NCBI GenBank assembly: GCA_963724765.1 | Contig: CAVRVY010000003.1 | Coordinates: forward strand, 512,001 to 576,000 | DNA: 64,000 nt | Direction: 5' to 3' | From: an uncultured delta proteobacterium | GTDB lineage: Bacteria > Desulfobacterota > Binatia > Binatales > Binataceae | Shown here: positions 56,714 through 64,000 of the stretch, in pieces | Position numbering within the stretch: position 1 is the first letter of the stretch | Layout: every line of letters begins with the position of its first letter | The notes under the pieces: generated by a model | Database searches by the model: none | Told to the model about the DNA's origin: nothing | The model's input: the letters and a program-made list of their open reading frames with translations, nothing else | Made by a program: the position numbers and the translations under genes

Positions 56714-58282
56714 TCAGTTGACCTTCTTGCGGCGCGCCGAAGGCAGGATGCCGAGCGCCTGGCGGTACTTGGCCACCGTGCGGCGCGCGATATTGATCTG
56801 GTCCCGGCGCAGAACTTCGGCGATGGCCTGATCCGACATCGGATCGTGATGTTGCTCGATCGCCACCATCGCGCGGATTTTTTCCTTGACCGTTTCGGCG
56901 CTGACGTCCTCGCCGCTTACAGCTTTGACGCCCGAGGTGAAGAAGAACTTCATCTCGAAGATGCCCTGCTGCGTGTGGGCGTACTTGTTGGCGGTGGCGC
57001 GGCTGATGGTCGACTCGTGCATCCCGATGTCCTCGGCCACGTCCTTGAGCACCAGCGGCCGCAAATGGGTGATGCCGTGGTCGAAGAACGCGCGCTGGAA
57101 CTTCACGATCGAGCTCGCGACCTTGAAGATCGTTTGCTGGCGCTGGTAGATCGACTTGACCAACCATCGCGCCGAGCGCAGCCGCTCCTGCAAATATTCC
57201 TTGGTGTCATCGGCGACCGCGCTGTCGCTCAGCACACGCTGGTAATAGCCAGCCAGCCGCAGCCGCGGCACCGCACCATCGTTGAGCAGCACCACGTAGT
57301 CCTCGCCCATCTTGTGGATGAAGACGTCGGGCACGATGTAGGCCGGCTCCTGGCCGCCGTAGTCGCGGCCCGGCTTGGGTTCGAGCAGCGAAATCACCTT
57401 GGCCGCCTGCCCCACCATCTCCATCGATACCCCGAGAGCGCGCGCGATCTCGGCGTAGCGATGCTTCTCGAGCAGGTCGAGATGGTTGAGCACGATACGC
57501 GCCGCCAGCGACTCTTCCATCCCGATATTGCTGAGCTGCTGGTAGAGGCACTCGCGGAGATCGCGCGCCGCCACTCCCGGCGGATCGAATCGTTGCACAC
57601 GCTTGAGCACCCGCTCGACGCTGGCCGCATCAGTCTCGAGTTGGGCTGCCAGATCTTCGACCGGCGTCTCCAGGTAGCCGTCGTCGTTCAGGTTGTAGAT
57701 GATGGTCGCGCCGATGATCTGATCGTTGTGCTCCAGCGACGACATCCTGAGCTGCCACATCAGATGCTCTTCGAGCGAAGTGCGCCGGGTGAGCGTGTTC
57801 TCCAGGGTCTGGCGGCGTTCGTCGTCCTGCTCAGATTCCTGGTTGTCCTGCCAGTTGTTGGAGTAATTCTCGAGATATTCGCGCCAGTCGAGCTTGTCGA
57901 GGCGGCCGTCCTCCTTGATCTCCGTCGTGGCGTCGCGCGCCTCGCTCGTCATCCCCTCGACCGTCGGCTGCTCGTCGCCATTGCCATTCCATTCCGACTC
58001 GGCCGCGGCCGCGCCCAACTCGGGCTCGGGCGGCAACAGGTCGGGCTCGGAGCCCGGCGTGGGATCGGGCGCCGCAGCCATCCCATCGTCGGCCGCGGTC
58101 GCGGTGGGGCTGCGCTCCTCGACCATCTCCAGCAGTGGATTGGATTCCAGTTCGGTCTGGACGACCGCTTCCAGCTCGGGCAGGGACAGTTGCAGGATCT
58201 TGATCGCCTGCTGCAACTGCGGCGTCATCACGAGCTGCTGGCGCAGCCGCAGGTCTTGTCCTAATTTGAGTTCAGGCGCCAT
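56714..58282 (-). CDS. rpoN: RNA polymerase sigma-54 factor
   Basis: QQLVMTPQLQQAIKILQL, MHESTISRA, RpoN box ARRTVAKYR. Confidence 0.97.
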   Translation of the reverse strand: MAPELKLGQDLRLRQQLVMTPQLQQAIKILQLSLPELEAVVQTELESNPLLEMVEERSPTATAADDGMAAAPDPTPGSEPDLLPPEPELGAAAAESEWNGNGDEQPTVEGMTSEARDATTEIKEDGRLDKLDWREYLENYSNNWQDNQESEQDDERRQTLENTLTRRTSLEEHLMWQLRMSSLEHNDQIIGATIIYNLNDDGYLETPVEDLAAQLETDAASVERVLKRVQRFDPPGVAARDLRECLYQQLSNIGMEESLAARIVLNHLDLLEKHRYAEIARALGVSMEMVGQAAKVISLLEPKPGRDYGGQEPAYIVPDVFIHKMGEDYVVLLNDGAVPRLRLAGYYQRVLSDSAVADDTKEYLQERLRSARWLVKSIYQRQQTIFKVASSIVKFQRAFFDHGITHLRPLVLKDVAEDIGMHESTISRATANKYAHTQQGIFEMKFFFTSGVKAVSGEDVSAETVKEKIRAMVAIEQHHDPMSDQAIAEVLRRDQINIARRTVAKYRQALGILPSARRKKVN

Positions 58283-58297
58283 ATTGAGCGTCGCTGA

Positions 58298-59329
58298 CTA
58301 AGGCGACTTAGCGACGGTAGTCTTATTATCGCGGGTTTTCTGCTCCGCAGGGAAGAACACCGCGCGTGCTCCCTCAACCTCGCTTTTGCCGGTGTCAAGG
58401 TGCACCGTTATCTTGCTGCCGGTGACCTGGTCTTCGCCGTCGTGCACCACGGGACTGCCGGTCAGTATTACGATATGTTTGGCTTGGTCGAGCACGGCGT
58501 GGTCGCCTGTAGCCCATCGCGTGCCCTGACTCATCCGCACGTTGGCGTTGGCGACCATCTCTTTGACCTCGTGGAAGTCCTTGCCATAGGTCACCGTCAG
58601 CGTATCGCTGGTCAGGAGCGCGTCGGCCTGAGCCGCATGGACGTGGCCGCGAAAGGTCACAACGTTGCCCTTGTAATCGAGATCGAGCGCGTCCGATCTG
58701 ATATCGATCGGGCCTTTGTTGCCTGAGAACTGGAGCGAGGAGAACGGGGCGTCCTGGCCTTGGCTGTCCTGGTCACCCTTCGAGCCGGCGCTGGCATCCT
58801 TGGAATCCGTCTTAGCCGATGCCGTCTGCGTGGCGCTTTTGGAATGCGTGCGATGCCCCCCCCTAACCTTGGCGTGCGCGGTGGGCGTGGAAAGAGCCGC
58901 CGGAGCGCCGGCGCTTTCTTCCGCGGCCGGCGCGGCGGAACTCGCAGCGCCGCCGCTGCTGCCCGCGGCCGGCGCCACGCTCGAGGGCGATGCCGGCGCT
59001 GACGCCGCGGCTGTGTTATCCGCCGCCGCCGGCGCGCCGCCTGAGGCGGCGTCGCCCGGCGTCTTGCGGATGCTCGCGCCCGGCGAAGCCGCGCCAGATG
59101 CCGCTACGGCGGGAGCCGCGGTCGTCGCGGCATCCGGCGCGGGGGATGCGCTCTGCGCGAGCGCGCCAGCCGGCGCGCTCGCGCAGAGCGCCAGCGCTAT
59201 CGCGGATGCGCCAAGCACCCTGGCCAACCCGCTGAACGGGTTGATCAGCGATGCGCTGCGGTGGCGTCGGCGCCACGCGAGGCGATGCCCGCGGGCCACG
59301 CTGTTACGATTTGCCTGATTTGAGATCAC
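58298..59329 (-). CDS. lptA: LptA/OstA LPS transport periplasmic protein with a long Ala-rich linker (start uncertain)
   Basis: PIDIRSD.L, F.GHV.A.Q, A.ANV..Q, ILTGSP, G.KI. Confidence 0.82.
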   Translation of the reverse strand: MISNQANRNSVARGHRLAWRRRHRSASLINPFSGLARVLGASAIALALCASAPAGALAQSASPAPDAATTAAPAVAASGAASPGASIRKTPGDAASGGAPAAADNTAAASAPASPSSVAPAAGSSGGAASSAAPAAEESAGAPAALSTPTAHAKVRGGHRTHSKSATQTASAKTDSKDASAGSKGDQDSQGQDAPFSSLQFSGNKGPIDIRSDALDLDYKGNVVTFRGHVHAAQADALLTSDTLTVTYGKDFHEVKEMVANANVRMSQGTRWATGDHAVLDQAKHIVILTGSPVVHDGEDQVTGSKITVHLDTGKSEVEGARAVFFPAEQKTRDNKTTVAKSP

Positions 59330-59909
59330 TGCTTTTCTTTGGAACCACCACGGTGTTGGTCTGACTCAGCAGGGTGAAGTTGCGCTCGTTGGGATGGCCG
59401 GTCAGGCCCACGCCGGTAACCCTCAGCCCCTGGCCTTGGACCTCGACCTCACCGGGAGCGTTCACCATGTCCTTGTCGGGAGCAAAGGTGGCTTCTCCGG
59501 TTTTCAGCACGAAGTCGCCATAGTTAATTTTGAGCCCGCCGCTTAAGTGGGCCTGGTTGATGTGATTGCCGGTCACTGAAATCTCCGCACGCGGCGCGAT
59601 GACCTCGACATTCTTGCCGTCTTTCGAGACCATCGATAATTCCGCGTCAGTCAGCAACAGAGAAGTCTTGTCGTGCGAGTAACTCGCATCGCGCGCGCTC
59701 AGACGCCATTGACTCAGCCCGCCGCTCATCTGCGTCCACTTGAGATTGTGCGCGTGCAGCAGCGCGCTGGGCACCAGGCCTGCCATCTGCTGCACGGTCG
59801 TTGCTGGGGAGCGATGACGCACGACATAAATCGCAACCGCGAGCACCACGGCAAGCGCCGCGGCGCCGAACAGTCCCATCGCCTTGGCCACCCGCTTCGG
59901 ACTCATCAC
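59304..59909 (-). CDS. lptC: LPS export protein LptC
   Basis: N-terminal TM, W.L.A..A, beta-jellyroll pattern, G.GL; upstream of lptA. Confidence 0.78.
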   Translation of the reverse strand: MMSPKRVAKAMGLFGAAALAVVLAVAIYVVRHRSPATTVQQMAGLVPSALLHAHNLKWTQMSGGLSQWRLSARDASYSHDKTSLLLTDAELSMVSKDGKNVEVIAPRAEISVTGNHINQAHLSGGLKINYGDFVLKTGEATFAPDKDMVNAPGEVEVQGQGLRVTGVGLTGHPNERNFTLLSQTNTVVVPKKSSDLKSGKS

Positions 59910-59960
59910 ATCGCTCCACCAATGAGGCTATCAGCGGGGGTTTGGGGTGTAAATCAATCC

Positions 59961-60293
59961 TTACCGGCGCGGGCGCGAGCGCTCGCGCCGCGCCCTGAAA
60001 CGGGCCATCAACCAAGTCAGCGCCAGGGCCCACAGCAGGCTGTTCGGCACCGACAGCGCCAGGAAATAATCGTCCGTTCGCGATCCCGCCAGATGAACCA
60101 GCGGCATCCCGAGCACCCCGAACAACAGATACCAGGCCGCGTCGCGCGAAGAGTTGGCCCACGCCATCGCCTGCGCGATCCAATGCGCGACGAAAAAACC
60201 GACGAACACCGTCGCGGTCGCCAGGTTGTCCGCCAGCGCCAACCAGGCGGAGCGGGGACTGTCCTTGATTGGCCGCGCCTTGATGCGCCGCAA
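59961..60293 (-). CDS. Hypothetical membrane protein (about 3 TM helices)
   Basis: Hydrophobic segments; fills the gap between kdsA and lptC on the same strand. Confidence 0.6.
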   Translation of the reverse strand: MRRIKARPIKDSPRSAWLALADNLATATVFVGFFVAHWIAQAMAWANSSRDAAWYLLFGVLGMPLVHLAGSRTDDYFLALSVPNSLLWALALTWLMARFRARRERSRPRR

Positions 60294-60298
60294 TTTGG

Positions 60299-63556
<3,258 letters not shown>

Positions 63557-63740
63557 CGAGGGGACTCCGAACGGGCTGTGTAGGAACCGAAAGACTCTGA
63601 GCGCAACCGCACAATAATTAGTAGCTGGCGGCGCCCCATGATGTCAATTTCGCGCCCGGATTTTGCTCCACAGCGCGGCGCGCGTGGCGCAGACAATGCG
63701 AGGTTTTCTTCGTTCTGTGGCCCTTCAGCTTGGCCTCTTT

Positions 63741-63851
63741 GGTCATCGTACGCGACGAAGCGTCGCTTCGGTTCAGGATGACGTAACGCCGTGGATTAGC
63801 GCGGAGGACCGCGAAATTCTTCGACTCCGACAGCCTTCGCTCAAGATGACC
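63741..63851. repeat. Degenerate REP/MITE-like palindromic element
   Basis: Termini GGTCATC...GATGACC; two internal copies of cttcg(g)(c/t)tca(g/a)gatgac. Confidence 0.5.
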
Positions 63852-64000
63852 GAAAAAGGGCGCCTGTTAAAGCGGCATCGGCGGCGCGACGCGACGGAAT
63901 TGCCGGCGTTCCTTCAGGCCGCGCGCGCAAAGAGCGCGTGCGCGCGGGTCAGCTTGCCTTGCGGTTGCGCGTGCGGCGCATCCGGAGCTTGCGCCTGCGC

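Noticed and set aside
63913-64000. Possible 3' end of a minus-strand gene at the right edge (…RRRKLRMRRTRNRKAS*)
   Set aside because: Too short to establish frame or product.

Overview
High-GC bacterial chromosomal window. Gene content (F420/LLM oxidoreductases, class I LysRS, kdsB-pyrG-kdsA-lptC-lptA-rpoN-hpf-ptsN-rapZ block) suggests a diderm, Deltaproteobacteria-like lineage such as Binatota; this is inference only. I saw no rRNA, tRNA, CRISPR array or intact mobile element. Main blocks: (i) arsM fragment, asd and oxidoreductases; (ii) a SAM-I-riboswitch-controlled sulfur-relay operon (ThiF/MoeB, threonine-synthase-like, MoaD/ThiS carrier ending GGE, cysteine-synthase-like, NIL domain, degenerate second ThiF, HAD), followed by cysC-sat; (iii) tandem LtaS-like sulfatases, CocE hydrolase, peroxiredoxin, otsAB and a MetE-like/OsmC/rhodanese operon; (iv) rpoZ-rpoH, a UGA-recoded (selenocysteine) ArsC/Spx protein, LysR and a catabolic cluster; (v) housekeeping genes (hldE, murJ, hemW, lysS, ptsH, metK, ahcY, LPS/rpoN operon). 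Highlights: two MoeB/ThiF paralogues with reciprocal motif loss that resemble a eukaryote-style heterodimeric E1, a selenoprotein with a clear SECIS hairpin, and two small ORFs missed by the ORF track. All product calls come from motif recognition by eye; no database searches were run, and several start codons are estimates.
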